From: Paramecium tetraurelia
Taxonomy: Eukaryota
DNA length: 64,000 nt
Assembly (NCBI GenBank): GCA_000165425.1
Contig: CT868011.1
Location: 124,001 to 188,000, forward strand
Reading direction: 5' to 3'
Notes under the pieces: generated by a model
Seen by the model: the letters and a program-made list of their open reading frames with translations, nothing else
Databases searched by the model: none
What the model was told of the DNA's origin: nothing
Made by a program: the position numbers and the translations under genes
Part shown: piece after piece, positions 1 to 12,754 of the stretch
Layout of the letters: every line of letters begins with the position of its first letter
How positions within the stretch are numbered: position 1 is the first letter of the stretch

Positions 1-1547
1 TTTCGTCTATTTTTTTAATTAGATTATCAATGTGATGGTCTAAAACGATGTTATTATTTATCAATTTTTCCTGTTTAATACTTCTCTTGCTAATTTGTAG
101 ATGCGTTTGATGAACCTTTTCCCTTTCCTACTATATTTATTCCTCAATTAATTATCTATCTCTAGTTAAATTGGTTTCTAATCTTTACATATCATCCTAA
201 ATGGACTGACTTTCATTTTCAGCTCTCTTTATTATTGATTTAGAAATAATACTTTCAATGACTGCTATTATTCCATCTCCTTCTTCTTCAACAATTCAGT
301 TTAATGATTATATTTAGCTTTTTCTTCTATAAGTAGCCTACCTTCAACAGCCTTAACATTCTCATCGTGATCTAATCTCATTTTCAAAAAGAATTCCTTC
401 ATTCTTAATAACTATTGATTGTATTGATCATTGGCCTTCATTAATGAATTAAATTTGCTCTGGATTCCATCTAATCTAGGTTACCAATTAGAATTAATTT
501 GATCAATTTACAACTAATTAATTACATATTAATTTAAACCTTATTGTCATGTCTGATCTATGATAACTCATGCATATATTCATTTTCCAAAGCCAACACA
601 TGTTTATTTTTGGCCACATATTCATTCATTACTTCTTATTATCTATAATCACTCGCCTTGCCAAGTTCATCAAATTATCGTTTAACTTAAGTGTATTCGG
701 CTTCAATTATAGATTTTCTGGTCACTTCCTCTTCAAAATGTCTTTTAGCCATACTGACAGCCTGCTCTTTGGATAGGATCTCTTATCTTAAGGCATTCAT
801 CCTATTCGTAAGTTCTTCATTCATTAATCTATTCTATCTTAATTCCTAATCAATTTATTCTTTCAATTGAGCAACCCTAATAGCATCATTTTTTTTGACA
901 GCTCTATTATCAGGTATGTTGGTTGTAGCTGCAGTTTTTGGCATAGTTTTAACAGGCTAATAGGCATTTCTCTGCGATTCCTTGATGCCTGTTGAGTTTT
1001 TAGCCATCAAATCTGTTGATCTATTCTACTCAATTCTCTCTCTGATTTATGTTGCTAATCCTTCGGGTATCTTATTGCAAGAGACATCCAGAAATTTTAA
1101 ATTTCTATTGCCATTGAGTCCTTCTAATAAGTATTGAGCTCCTTTTTCTCCAATTTCGTTCCATTTTAAATTCAATGATTATAAGGATGTATTTTGCTTT
1201 AACATTTAACATATTCTGGCACAATGATCTGCTTGTATTCTGTTGTTCTTTAGATCGACTAATTGCAATTGGTATGATGGGTTCATCAATAAATCACACA
1301 AAGCACCCACACCTCCACCTATAGCATTCCATTCAGCGATCAGAGTTCTTGCGTCTGGACTTATTGATCTGCAAATTCTTTCAAATCCTCTTCCATTTAT
1401 ATTGCATCCTCTTAGTTCAATGTTAATGAATTGTGTATTTTGAGCCAAAAATTAGGCTACAACAACACAACCCTCTTCGTTCAATATTTAATCGGATAGA
1501 GTGAGATTTGGAGCTTTCTGAGATTCTAAAGCTTTCTGGAGCTTCAT
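1..1547 (-). CDS. LRR (RI-like) plus long coiled-coil protein, LRRC45-like; 3' end runs off the window
   Basis: Code-6 translation from ATG 1547: MKLQKALESQKAPNLTLSDQILNEEGCVVVAQFLAQNTQFINIELRGCNI...LQSLNLKWNEIGEKGAQYLLEGLNGNRNLKFLDVSCNKIP (LxxLxLxxNxI repeats), then E/K/Q-rich coiled-coil sequence to position 1. Confidence 0.8.
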
Positions 1548-1729
1548 GGATTTCAAATTTAAAATTAGTAGTTAATTAATGAATTATCAAAACCCCAATT
1601 GCTTAGTGTATTATAATTTGAAAATCATATAATTTTTGTAATAAATATTTTTTATAATAATTTTTGTAAAGTATCTTACAAGATAAACTCGTAATATGGT
1701 AATGGTAATTAAATAATACGGATATAATA

Positions 1730-2286
1730 TCAAAGTTGGGCAGTATTCTTTTAAAGGTTTTGCAAAATTTCTTCTGTTTTCGAAAAGTTTTAGTTCCAAG
1801 TGTTTAGTATTTGAGAATCAACAACTTTGGGACTGTCACAAACTGATATGATTTAGGTATTTGTGATTTCCAATGCCAATTGATCCATTGTATAAGCCAA
1901 GAGGATGTCTTTCACTGAAACACCTGAGCAATCACTGGTGGAGACCTCAACATTGACAACATTCTCTTTTTGTGTCCATTTGGGATAGTCTATTAAATAG
2001 TTAGAATGAATTAATTACGATGCATCTCTTCAGCAACCTTTGAAATGGATCCCATGAATGCGAATGTCTCTTTGAATGAATTGAACTTGAATTCCTTTTG
2101 GATTTTGGATGAATCCTTTGTTGGGTGCCATTACAAGGAATGAATCTCAAGGGCTGAAGCAATTTCCTCTGAATTCAATTTAGTTGCTGAAACTGATGAG
2201 ACATCCTTGAAATCTCTGACGAATATTTTAAGGGAGTTGATAATAGCTGGTGTTTTGAATCCTTACTCTGAGATGTATCTGTACAT
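1730..2286 (-). CDS. Pterin-4a-carbinolamine dehydratase (PCD/DCoH)-fold protein with degenerate catalytic motif
   Basis: ATG 2286, one 29-nt intron (1990-2018), TGA 1730-1732; 175 aa. Core: WHPTKDSSKIQKEFKFNSFKETFAFMGSISKVAEEMHHYPKWTQKENVVNVEVSTSDCSGVSVKDILLAYTMD. Confidence 0.8.
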
Positions 2287-2424
2287 GTTATTATTGTATT
2301 TAAATTATTACAATTATCCGGGAATCTTAAGGGACTTATCAAAGGTTTATTAATGCGAACCATATTATTTCAAACGCAATATAATGAACAGTTATTTATT
2401 TTTTAATATTAATCAAGCAATATT

Positions 2425-3836
2425 TCAATTACCCATTGGATTCTGAATCTTGTTCGGATCGAAATTCTACGGCAACGTCTGGTTAGGATAATTGTGATTT
2501 TAAGGCAACGTTTAACCTGGATAAAACGCAGGTGGCTATTACTGACCTTAAGGTGGAGGTGGAACATAATTTTACTAAGCAGGAGGTTATTAACCGGGAG
2601 GAACATTTGGATATGCTTGATTTGGAGGAGGCACATTGGGATATTACTGGCCAGGAGCTTGATTTGGTGGTTGTGTCTATGCTTATTGATTTGGTGGCAT
2701 TTGATTATTGGGATAGCCCATTGGTTAATTATTAGGATAATTCTAAGGTTAACCACCTGGATAATTAGTAGGGGGTTGGTTATTAGGATAAGGTTATTGA
2801 TTTTAAGTTGGATTTTGATAATTTGTATTTTGGTAATTTTATGGTTGATTGGGATAAGCTTATTGATTATGTTACATAGTTTAAGCATAATTTGGATATC
2901 CTTGTTAATTAGGAGGCATATTTGGTGGATAATTGGGTGGTTAATTTTGGGGATAATTGAGCGTTTAACTTGGAGGCTAATTTGGATTATATCCTTAGGG
3001 TTAATTGGGATTGTATCCTGGAGGTTAATTTGGAGGATAGTTTGGATTCTAGTTTGGTGGATAGTTTGGAGGTTAATTTGGATATCCTTATTGTTATTGT
3101 GTGTTTGGTTAATAACCAGGTTATTAGTTAGGAGGGTAAGGGGGTGCATATCCTTATTGGGGATAGTTTTATTATGGGATTTATGGACCTTCTAATGTAC
3201 CATAGAGACCTGTTAATGCAAAGGGATTTTACTATGGATATTATGCTTATTAAGGTGGATAATTTGGGGGTTGTTGATATTACATAGATTAATTGTAGGG
3301 TTATTGATAATTTGGTGCTCCTGGTGGTTTCATCGGTATAACGTTGTTTTATTGGTAATATTAAGGATTGGATGGGATTTAAGGTTGCTGTTAGTATTTC
3401 TAATCTGATAACCATTCGAACTATATGTAGATCTATCCAGCCGATTTGCCCTGAATTGTTAATGATTATTTAAATTACTTTGTAGCTTAAATTAATCCAT
3501 TCAGCTGGTTTGGGAGTATCAACTAAATAAGTCTAAAGGGCGATAGAGCATTCTCCAATTAAATCGTCTTTGCTTACTTCATCTGAGTCCCAAACTTAGA
3601 TTTCAGCGATATATTCATTAGTACGTCTAAAACTCAATGATTGATTCCAAGAGGGATGCTTCCCTGTTAATATTTAAATGTCTGATACCTGCATCCGTAT
3701 GTTCTCTTGTTCTTTGTGATTGGTTGCCTAGAATGACTTTGCAGTAGGGATCCATTTTACCAAGGAACTCAGTATCACGAGTTAGTTTGGCTTTGAGAGG
3801 TTTGATAATTAAGGTGCCAGAACCGACTAATGACAT
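2425..3836 (-). CDS. C2-domain protein with a long Pro/Gln/Tyr/Asn-rich (XYPPX-type) tail
   Basis: MSLVGSGTLIIKPLKAKLTRDTEFLGKMDPYCKV...HPSWNQSLSF...VWDSDEVSKDDLIGECSI (C2 domain), two tiny introns, then repeats such as GYPNQPPNYPPNQNPNYPPNQPPGY; ends ...KIQNPMGN-TGA. Confidence 0.9.
2430..3400 (-). repeat. Coding low-complexity repeat region (YPP/QPP/NQ units)
   Basis: Recurrent + strand words ttggaggttaatttgg, ggatagtttgg and ggataatt, which are the reverse complement of PNQPP/NYPP codons. Confidence 0.8.
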
Positions 3837-3858
3837 TTTAATATTTTTATATTTGTGA

Positions 3859-5813
3859 ATGTCTAAGAAATCTAATTTGGGTAAGGCGCTTCAAAGACAA
3901 TAGTAAAGGAAAATGAATGAGGGGGCAGCAAAAGTTTAGAATTAAGGATAGTTCTTTCACGATGGGAAGGTAGTAAAGGAGGAATATCAAATCTAATAAG
4001 AGAACTTGCAATCTATAATTGATTAGAATCCTTTAAATGAGTATTTGTAGATGGCAGAGATGGCAAATATCAAATATTAAGCAGAGAAGAAATCAGATGT
4101 GGTTGTAAATGAATAGCAGAAATAAGTAAAAGAAAAGTGGATAATTTTTAGTTAGTGATCAATGTAAATGCAATAAGAAAGGGACAATTACCAAATTCAT
4201 CCGTGTATGATTATTAGAAGAACCAACTGTTGGTTGACTTACAAATACCAAGAAGACCTAGATGGGATGAGAAGACTACAGTTGAGTAATTGAGGTTGAT
4301 GGAGAATGAGAATTTTTTAAAGTGGAGAAAGGAATTGGCAAAGTTCGAAGAGGAACATTATTAGATCTAATTGACTCCTTATGAGAAGAATATTGAAGTT
4401 TGGAAGTAATTGTGGAGAGTGGTAGAGAAAGCAGATATTTTGGTTTAAGTGGTGGATGGAAGAGACATCCTGTTCTATCATTGCAACGATCTGACTAAAT
4501 ACGTACATGAGGAATAAAATAGAGTTTACAGAAAGAATCAAACAAAGATCAATTTTCTATTGATAAACAAAAGCGATTTGATCTCTGATAAAATTAGAGA
4601 GGAATGGTCAGCCTTTTTGAATTCAAAGAATTTAAATCACATGTTCTTTAGTGCCAAATTGGAATAGGAGAAAATTGATAAGGAAGAATAAGTGTAAGAT
4701 GCCACCAATATTCTAATTTAATAAGAGGAACCTAAAATTGAAGAAAATATAGAAGCATTTTTAAATACATCACGAATTGCAGATAGAAAGATATTGTTAT
4801 CAGAGTTGAAATCACTGGTGTAAAAGATTAGGAAGCAAAGATAAGAGAATGTGGAAGACAACTAAAGTGATTGAATAAGATGATCATGACATATAACATG
4901 ATGAGAATACAGTCATTATTGGAATGGTTGGATATCCTAATGTTGGTAAGAGTTCAGTTATAAATGCCATTTGTAATAAGAAACTAGTTGGAGTTGCAGC
5001 AAGACCAGGAAAAACAAAGCATTTTTAGACAATACCATTAGAAAAATATCTCTTAGTATTCATCCTTATTCTAATTTAAGCTATGTGACTGTCCAGGTTT
5101 AATATTCCCCAATGCTTCATCTTCCAGAGCTGAAATGGTATGCAATGGAGTTTTGCCTATTGACAATATTAAAGATTACTTGAGCCCAATGGATTTACTA
5201 GCTGAAAGGATCCCTAAAATTGTTTTTGAAAAGCTTTATGGAATCAATTTGCAAGAATTCAAAATTATTGATGCCTCTACTGTGCTTTCGACTTACAGTT
5301 AAAAAAGAGGCTTCATGACAGGCAGAGGCTTGCCAGATGAAGCCAAAGCATCTAAATTAATGTTAAAGGATTTTGTTAATGGTAAAATACTTTATGTGAA
5401 ATTGCCACCAACCTACTAAGGTGAAGCAATATGGTAATCCAATCCTTTAGAAGATTTAGAGAACCTAATACATTAACAATAATAAAATCAACATCAGATA
5501 AATGATGATGCCAATATTGATAATTAATTTGAAAATCAGTTGATTTAGGAAAAGAAAATCACGAATGAAGAGATTCTTGAAATATTCACTTAAGAAAACT
5601 TGGCTTAATTGATGGAAGGCAAGAAGGTTCATGGGATTAAATTAACAAAGGAACAAAGAAGAGAAATAAAACACAATTTCTAAAGAGGTACTATATATTT
5701 GTAACAACATTTTAGGTGATCCTATCGACATCAAAAAATATCTTAATTTATAACAAAACTAAAAGGAAACTCTATATAAAACATATATTCAAGGTAAAAG
5801 AGGGTAGATATGA
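3859..5813 (+). CDS. LSG1: Large subunit GTPase 1 (circularly permuted GTPase, 60S maturation); apparent +1 frameshift near 4855
   Basis: IPRRPRWD...FLKWRKELA...LTPYEKNIEVWKQLWRVVEKADILVQVVDGR; NKSD; IGMVGYPNVGKSSVINA; PGKTKHFQT; LCDCPGLIFP; GVLPID. Three tiny introns; TGA 5811-5813. Confidence 0.95.
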
Positions 5814-5853
5814 GAAATATTGTGATTAGTAAAAACTCAATATTAATATATAT

Positions 5854-6560
5854 TCAACAACACTTTTCCTTCTCCTTTTTGTTATCATCTGTTTGTTATC
5901 CAATTTTCTACCCTTGAGTTTACTGACTCCTTTATGGTCTTTTAAATTTATTAATTATATAAATACCCTTATCCTTTTAAGCCTTGGGAGTCCTTTTTTG
6001 CAATCAACTTTTTTGCCAGTGATATGAAAGCCTTAGATACCTAATCTGCTGTCTTGGCACTCACTTCCATATGTGCCATTCTTTTTATAGCTGCATAATC
6101 CAAAGCCTTTTGTGTTGATACACTTTCATAGGATATCATAATCTTACGCTTTATCCTCGACGTCACTCTTGTTTCCTAGCAATAGCAGCTCGACATTCTT
6201 CTCAGCATAAGACTCAACCTCGTTGATCCAGAACCTATCAATGTCTTCAAATGACCCTGTGGATGTAACATCATAGACCATCACAATTCCATCAGCACCC
6301 TGCATTCTAATTCATCCCAATACCTTATAATAAGCACTGGTTATAGTTCGGAATCTCTCCTATCCAGCTGTGTCCCAAATTTGAAGCTTGACCTTCTTCC
6401 CATCAATTTCCAATGTCTTGAATCTGAAGTCCACGCCGATTGTTGTTAGATAGGAATCGCTGAATGTGTCATCAGAAAATCGTAGTAACAATGAAGACTT
6501 GCCGACTCCTGAATTCCCCACTATCACCAACTTAAACAAATAGTCATATTCCTTAATCAT
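5854..6560 (-). CDS. RAB1: Rab1/Ypt1-family small GTPase
   Basis: [65 protein letters not shown]-terminal KEKCC prenylation motif; three tiny introns. Confidence 0.95.
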
Positions 6561-7003
6561 TAGATATTATAATTATTTAAATAATTCATACACAGAAGTC
6601 ATCGGTACATATAATACTATTTTAAACTATATTGAATTATTATTTCGTTTATAGAATTATAACAAAACCCATCTTCAACTCAATATCAAAGACTTATATT
6701 ATAATATATAATGTATGTTGCTTATAATCAATTTTTCTGAAGGTTTTAATGAACTCTAGGTAAGAGAGCGTTCAAGCAACCGTATCCCAACAAGATGAAA
6801 GGAATTCAGATAATAACTAATCATAATTTATGATAAATATCTTATCTTTTGACTGAAAACACCGCAAAGACCAGTAAATATCGACTCATTCTATTATTTG
6901 AATAAAAAATCAATCTCATTAATTAAACCATATTAGAATTAGGAGAAGATTAGAGATTGTTTATAAAATGCAATGGAATCTCAATTTAATATTTTATATA
7001 AAA

Positions 7004-8467
7004 ATGTAAATTATATTCCTAATTGTCTGCATTGTTGCATTTGTCCAAGGCAAATTGAAAGTAATCAGGCCAGCTGAATTGGTGGATCGTTTGGGATCAA
7101 AAATAGACATGGCTCTAGCGAATTTCGGGTTTTAAATTATTTCTAGTAAATTAGAGAAATTCCATTCGGACATCGACTGGTTGGCTACGTTGACATGGCT
7201 TCTCCTACTGATGCTTGCAGTCCTCTTGAGCCTGCCTAAGGAAGTCAATTTTTATTGATAGAGAGGGGAGAGTGTACCTTCGTAACTAAGGTCAGGAATG
7301 CATAGAATGCTGGATATTCATTAGCTATTATTGGGAATAATAATGATGACCCATTGACTTCTGATTTCGTTATGGCTGATGATGGTCATGGACACTCAGT
7401 ACTTAAATAATATAATGATTAAGGTTAGCATCCCATCAATATTCATTACATCAAGGGATTTTTAAATCCTGAAACAGTACTCTACTAGAATTGGTGACAA
7501 TTTGGATGATAAGGTGTTTATTTTAGTTAAATTCGACGTTCAAAAGAAGGAACGCATTGATGTGTTGCTTAATCTCAAAGTAAATGACAGAGATTCATAC
7601 AGAGTGATTGACGAATTCTCTGATTATTACAATCTATTATAAAAGGAGAATGTCAATTACACATTGGTTTATGAAATCTTCAGTACTAATACAACAGAAA
7701 CTGAGCATTTCACTGACCCAGATAATTGTATCTGTTCAAGAAGGTATTGCGCAGAAGATCCAGATGGAGCTGGCATAGCAACAGGAAAAAATATAATTCA
7801 AGAGATTATTAGACAAACCTGCATTTTCAAATTATACGCAGATTAATTCTTTTAGTATATGGTACAACTTCATGCTAATAATAGGATAAATTTAATTTTC
7901 AATGCTCAAAGCCTCAAGCCTACTCTACTTGTGGTAGTAAGATCATAACCAATTTGCAAATTTCAGCAGATGAAATCAACAAATGTAGAGATGACTCATT
8001 TATAGATGTTGTTAGCAACGAAGTAACTAAAAATGAGACAAATGCTTTTAATACTATATTAGAACACCAATTACTATTAAAATAATAGGCTGGATGGTTT
8101 ATGATTCCTTCAGCAATAGTAAATTCCGTAGTTTACAAAGGGAGATTGACAGGCAAGGGAATTTTCGGTGAAATTTGCAACAGTAATCCTTATATTCAAA
8201 TTAATAGGCTTTAATACTCCTCCTTCAATTTGCAAGGATGAAGTAGAAAACTACTATAATTAGGGGAATGATTACTAGTACCTGATTTGGCTTATTCTTA
8301 TTATCTCAATCTTAATAGCTATCTTCGTCATTATTTTATACTGTTTGTTCAAGAAATTTGTGAAAAGAGACAGCGTTGAAGTAACCCAAGTGTAAGTAAA
8401 TGAAATGGTCAGTCAATATATTAAATTTTATGAAGGAAAAGATTAACAAAAATAAAATTCTTTTTGA
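7004..8467 (+). CDS. Vacuolar sorting receptor (BP-80/VSR-like): signal peptide, PA domain, thioredoxin-like region, TM helix, YxxPhi tail
   Basis: ALANFGEIPFG; LLIERGECTFVTKVRNAQNAG; SIPSIFIT; NCICSRRYCAEDPDG...GKNIIQEIIRQTCIF; TM LIWLILIISILIAIFVIILYCLF; tail VNEMVSQYIKF (compare plant MAQYMPL). Confidence 0.9.
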
Positions 8468-8554
8468 GATATTAATGTAATTTATTATTGAATAATCAAA
8501 TTTTTATACTTATGACATTGGATGTTCTGCTGAATTAATTATATAAATATAATT

Positions 8555-11252
8555 ATGATCTATTAACTACAGTATACCACCAAACTATCAGAAACCCTGA
8601 ACAATAGCAAAGATTATTGCTCATTGCAAAATACAAAGTGGGTTGCTCCAAGACCCAATTAACATCGGATGGAGTATCTGTAATTCACTTAAAGAAACAA
8701 AACTCATTCTAAATACCCACAAGATATGCTATTCTGTCTCATCTCTAAGGGACTTGTTCCAATATAAAAATAGAAAATGGTTAATTTTTCATCGAATGAT
8801 ACTTCATGCAATTACAAGGATATCACTTCTGAAATTAAATAAGAACACCCCTATTTTAGTTCAAAGCTCAACCCTTCGATTTCAGAGGTGGACAGATGTC
8901 TCTAAATTAAATAACCACACAGAAAATAAAAATGTATAATCTCCTCCTTCAGTTTATAGCTATCCGATCCTACATTAGGGGCTAATCAAAGGATAAAGAT
9001 CCAATTGAAATTTCTACCTCCAAAAGCTGTAAATTGATAAGTCCTGTGACCAATCAAAGGGATTAAAAGAGACTAGTTCATCGCTTTGAGTCCAAGCAGA
9101 ACAATGACAAGTTTACCAGAACCTCATCCACTCCTTTCATCTATAAGACGGCCCAAAATGATAATCTGACCAGTCGTTCAGGTTCACCAACATAAAGATC
9201 TAAATCAAAGTCAAATAAAACTTAAAAGCAAAACACTCAGTCAAAATTGACCCAAATTAATGAGGTTAGATCTTTTCAACGTCATCAAGATACGCAAGTA
9301 TAATAATCAAGTAATTAAAAAATTTCAGAATCAGCCGAAAAGAGATTATAAGTTAAAAGAAAGAAAAGACTAAAATTTCAAACAACAACTTAATAACAGT
9401 AAATCTTATAACAACAAAATTCTTAAAAGGATAAACTTAATTAAAAGCACACTTCCTATCGTTGCTTTATAAACAAAATCAATTTTTCCAATAACCAATG
9501 CATTTAATCTCCTTTCAAGATGGATGTTCCTGCTTATTACTTTTATGTGGGTAAGGGCAACAATGGAAATCTGTTAAAGAATCTTTTCAGATAGAGATGG
9601 TGGTGGCAAGAAGTAGATACATTGGATATAAATAAAGTGAACATGGCTTGGACTTAATTGAAACAAAATGCCCTCATTGACTGTTTACCTACTTTTAACA
9701 TTAATGATACGAATGATCCCTTTGTTCATGAAGATACTGTTGTTGGATCAAATGACTCAGAATTAGACATACATATTAAACCTAGATCATCTTTAAACAC
9801 TCTGAGTATTAACCAAATCTTAAAGTAATCCATCCAATCTAAGAAAGATTTGTAAATCAATAATTTGAGTTTATTGAGGAGGATCTTTAATCAAGTTGAT
9901 TTACACAGGATTCTCAATTATATGAAATCAAATAATTAATGGGATTCATAAATTGTATTCAGTGATTGCACTGAGAAACTGTTAATGTCTATCAAAGGAG
10001 TAAAATATTTACATAATCGCTTAGTTACAGACTGTCATTCAGTTAGATAGTAGGAATTACAAAATGCACAATCATATGCAAGACAACTGGCATTTAGGGA
10101 ATAAGAAAGCTCTCTTTTACAATATGAGAAATTACTTCAAAACCATAAAGGAAGATTACACTAAGTATATTCCTATTACTTTTCATATATAAACTGGAAT
10201 GACTGATGCTGAATACTTCACATTTGTTGAGTATTATAACAAAAGACAAGAGGAGGTCAAAGAAATGGAACGTAAATCATACTTGGAGCATCGAAGAGAG
10301 AAGAAACCAAAACCAATTAATCTATGGATTGTGAAGCCAGGGGAATGCACTAACAGGGGAAATGGAATCACTGTTTGTTAGGATTTACAAGAAATCAATA
10401 AAATCTTAAATGAAGAATAGCCTGATGGCAGACAAAGAACATATATTGTTTAATAGTACATCGATAATCCATTCTTGTACAATAAAAGGAAATTTGATAT
10501 TCGATGTTACATGTTGTTAACTTCCTAAAATGGTATCTTTAAAGGATACTGGTATTAGGAAGGTTATATTCGAACTTCATCAAAAGAGTTTACAACTAAA
10601 TGTTTGAATAAATACATTCACTTAACAAATGATGCTGTTTAATCAAGGGATGAAGATTATGGAAAATTTGAGTTTGGTAACAAGATCTCCTTTCTTGAAT
10701 ATTAGAGATACCTTGATACCTATCACTCTTAATCTAAATTCAATTTTTTTATAGATATCTATCCTAGGATGAAGAGTATTGCTTTGGATCTCATGAAGGC
10801 TTCATATGGTAAAATAGATCCAGAGAGAAGATCAAATAGTTTTGAAGTACAAATTAATTATACACTAAGTTATTTGGATTGGACTTCATGATCGATGACA
10901 ATTTCAAACTTTGGCTGATTGAAGCAAACACAAATCCATGTCTAGAGCAATCTTGTCCACTGTTGAGTAGAATTATTCCGACTATGGTGGAGAACTTATT
11001 TCGGTATTCAAAGTATAATTAACCCCTATTAGAATTGCAATCGACCCTATTTTTCCTCCTCCTTATTTTGAAGAATGGCCTCAAAATAAGAAGTTATTCA
11101 TTCCAGATAATGTGTTGGAAAACAATCGATTTGAACTTATTTTCGATGAATTAATTGAGAAGAAAGCTATGTTCAATTTATACAGGGATACTATAGTAGA
11201 ATAAGATGGTTTCAAAATAGAGGAGGAAGAGGAAGAAGAAGAAAAAGATTGA
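8555..11252 (+). CDS. Tubulin-tyrosine-ligase-like enzyme, probably of the glycylase (TTLL3/8/10) clade
   Basis: YVGKGNNGNLLKNLFRQRWWW; HNHMQDNWHLGNKKALFYNM; WIVKPGECTNRGNGI; QQYIDNPFLYNKRKFDIRCY; EGYIRTSS; IHLTNDAVQ; FELFGLDFMIDDNFKLWLIEANTNPCL; several tiny introns. Confidence 0.92.
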
Positions 11253-11479
11253 CACTCCATTGTAATTATTTATATTTAAAAATGTATATAAAGGAGATCA
11301 AAATGAATCATCTTTTTTTATATTTGAATATCGATAAATATTTAATTGAAAAACTGTCATGGTGAACAGAGGATCAAAAATAAATAGAAATGCAATATTG
11401 CTAGATTTTAGTTTACCCTCAAATATAGAAATTATGTTATAAATTCTAATATTAATAATAAAGTTGTTAAATAAGTAAA

Positions 11480-12638
11480 ATGCAGTTAAATAATCAAATG
11501 GATGCAATATTCTAGCAAGAAAAGGAATAAATTCTTGCAGAATTTGAAACCAAACTTCGCAGACTACAATTACAAGTTCAAAACAAATAATATCAAGATG
11601 GAAGTGAGTATTTCGGTGAACTCAATAATGAGCTCAGATGGGGTTAGGGAGTATACTATTATTTTACCGGAGATGTCTATGCTGGATAATGGGCCAATGA
11701 CTTATTTGATGGAGATGGAACCTATATATTTGCATCTGGGGAAAGATACCAAGGCCAATTGAAGGAAGGTAAAAAGCATGGTTTTGGTACCTATTACTAT
11801 CTGAACGGAAATAGTTATACTGGCAATTGGGCCAACGATAAGAAGTAGGGAAGGGGAGTGTATGTGTATGCATAAACCAATGAAAAGTATGACGGTGAGT
11901 GGAATAATGGATTAAGGCAAGGTTATGGCACTTTCACATATTAATGCGGAGTATATGAGGGCGAATTTAATAACAATCTCAAGGAGGGCAAGGGTGTATT
12001 AAAATACAAGAGCGGAGCACTCTTAGATGGGGAATGGAAGAAGGATAAAGTGGAAGGAGAAGCCAAATTGACATTACCCAATGGGGATTATTACAAGGGC
12101 ACTTGGGTTGGAAGTCACATGAATGGCTATGGGAGATACTAGTATCAGAGTGGTGGCTATTATGAGGGCTGGTGGAAGCAGGATTAATTCCACGGTGAAG
12201 GTATGTTAACATATGAAAACGGTGATATATACAGAGGGGAGTTCCAGAATGGTTTAAAACATGGAAAGGGAATATATTTGCACTAAAATGGTGATTAATA
12301 TGAAGGAGAATTCAAAAATGATATGAGAGAAGGATCAGGAGTATTGAGAATGAAGAATGGAGACAGGTATGAAGGAGAATGGTCGAGTTCACTTAAGGAA
12401 GGAAAAGGCACTTACTATTTTTCGAATGGAGATAGATTTGAAGTATTCTTTTTAGTCTAAAAGTTAGGGTAATTTTGTGGCAGGCAAAAGGTCTGGACAC
12501 GGGATTATGTATTGGTCAGAGAAATCTTCTGTGAGTGGATTTTGGGTGGATGACATAATGAATGGATAGGGAGTTATCATAAAAGAGAATGGAGATAAGC
12601 TGTAAGCCCTATTTAAAAATAATAAATTAGTTGCATGA
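11480..12638 (+). CDS. MORN-repeat protein (about 13 repeats); start codon uncertain
   Basis: Tandem 23-aa units YxGxWxNxxxxGxGxYxxxNGDx, e.g. YEGEFKNDMREGSGVLRMKNGDRYEGEW; one intron near 12443; TGA 12636-12638. Confidence 0.93.
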
Positions 12639-12754
12639 ACTTATTAATATATACTATAATTATAAATTTAATCATAACTAATAAACATCATATTCATATA
12701 TCATGTAATTGTCATAAAAATATTTTGTATTTATAAATTATAGTATTTTTATTA

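Noticed and set aside
2494..3195. 233-aa Trp/Ile/Leu/Arg-rich plus-strand ORF, and the 246-aa minus ORF 2409-3149
   Set aside because: These are antisense and off-frame shadows of the Pro/Gln/Tyr repeat of the C2 gene. The real frame is hidden in the track by TAA/TAG Gln codons.
2430..3400. Repeat array considered as CRISPR-like or telomeric (TTGGG-like words)
   Set aside because: Units are degenerate, codon-phased and coding, with no constant repeat/unique spacer structure and no tandem G3-4T2-3 telomere run.
6700..6990. Short coding-like stretch between Rab1 and VSR
   Set aside because: Only ~35 codons before TGA and no consistent gene model.
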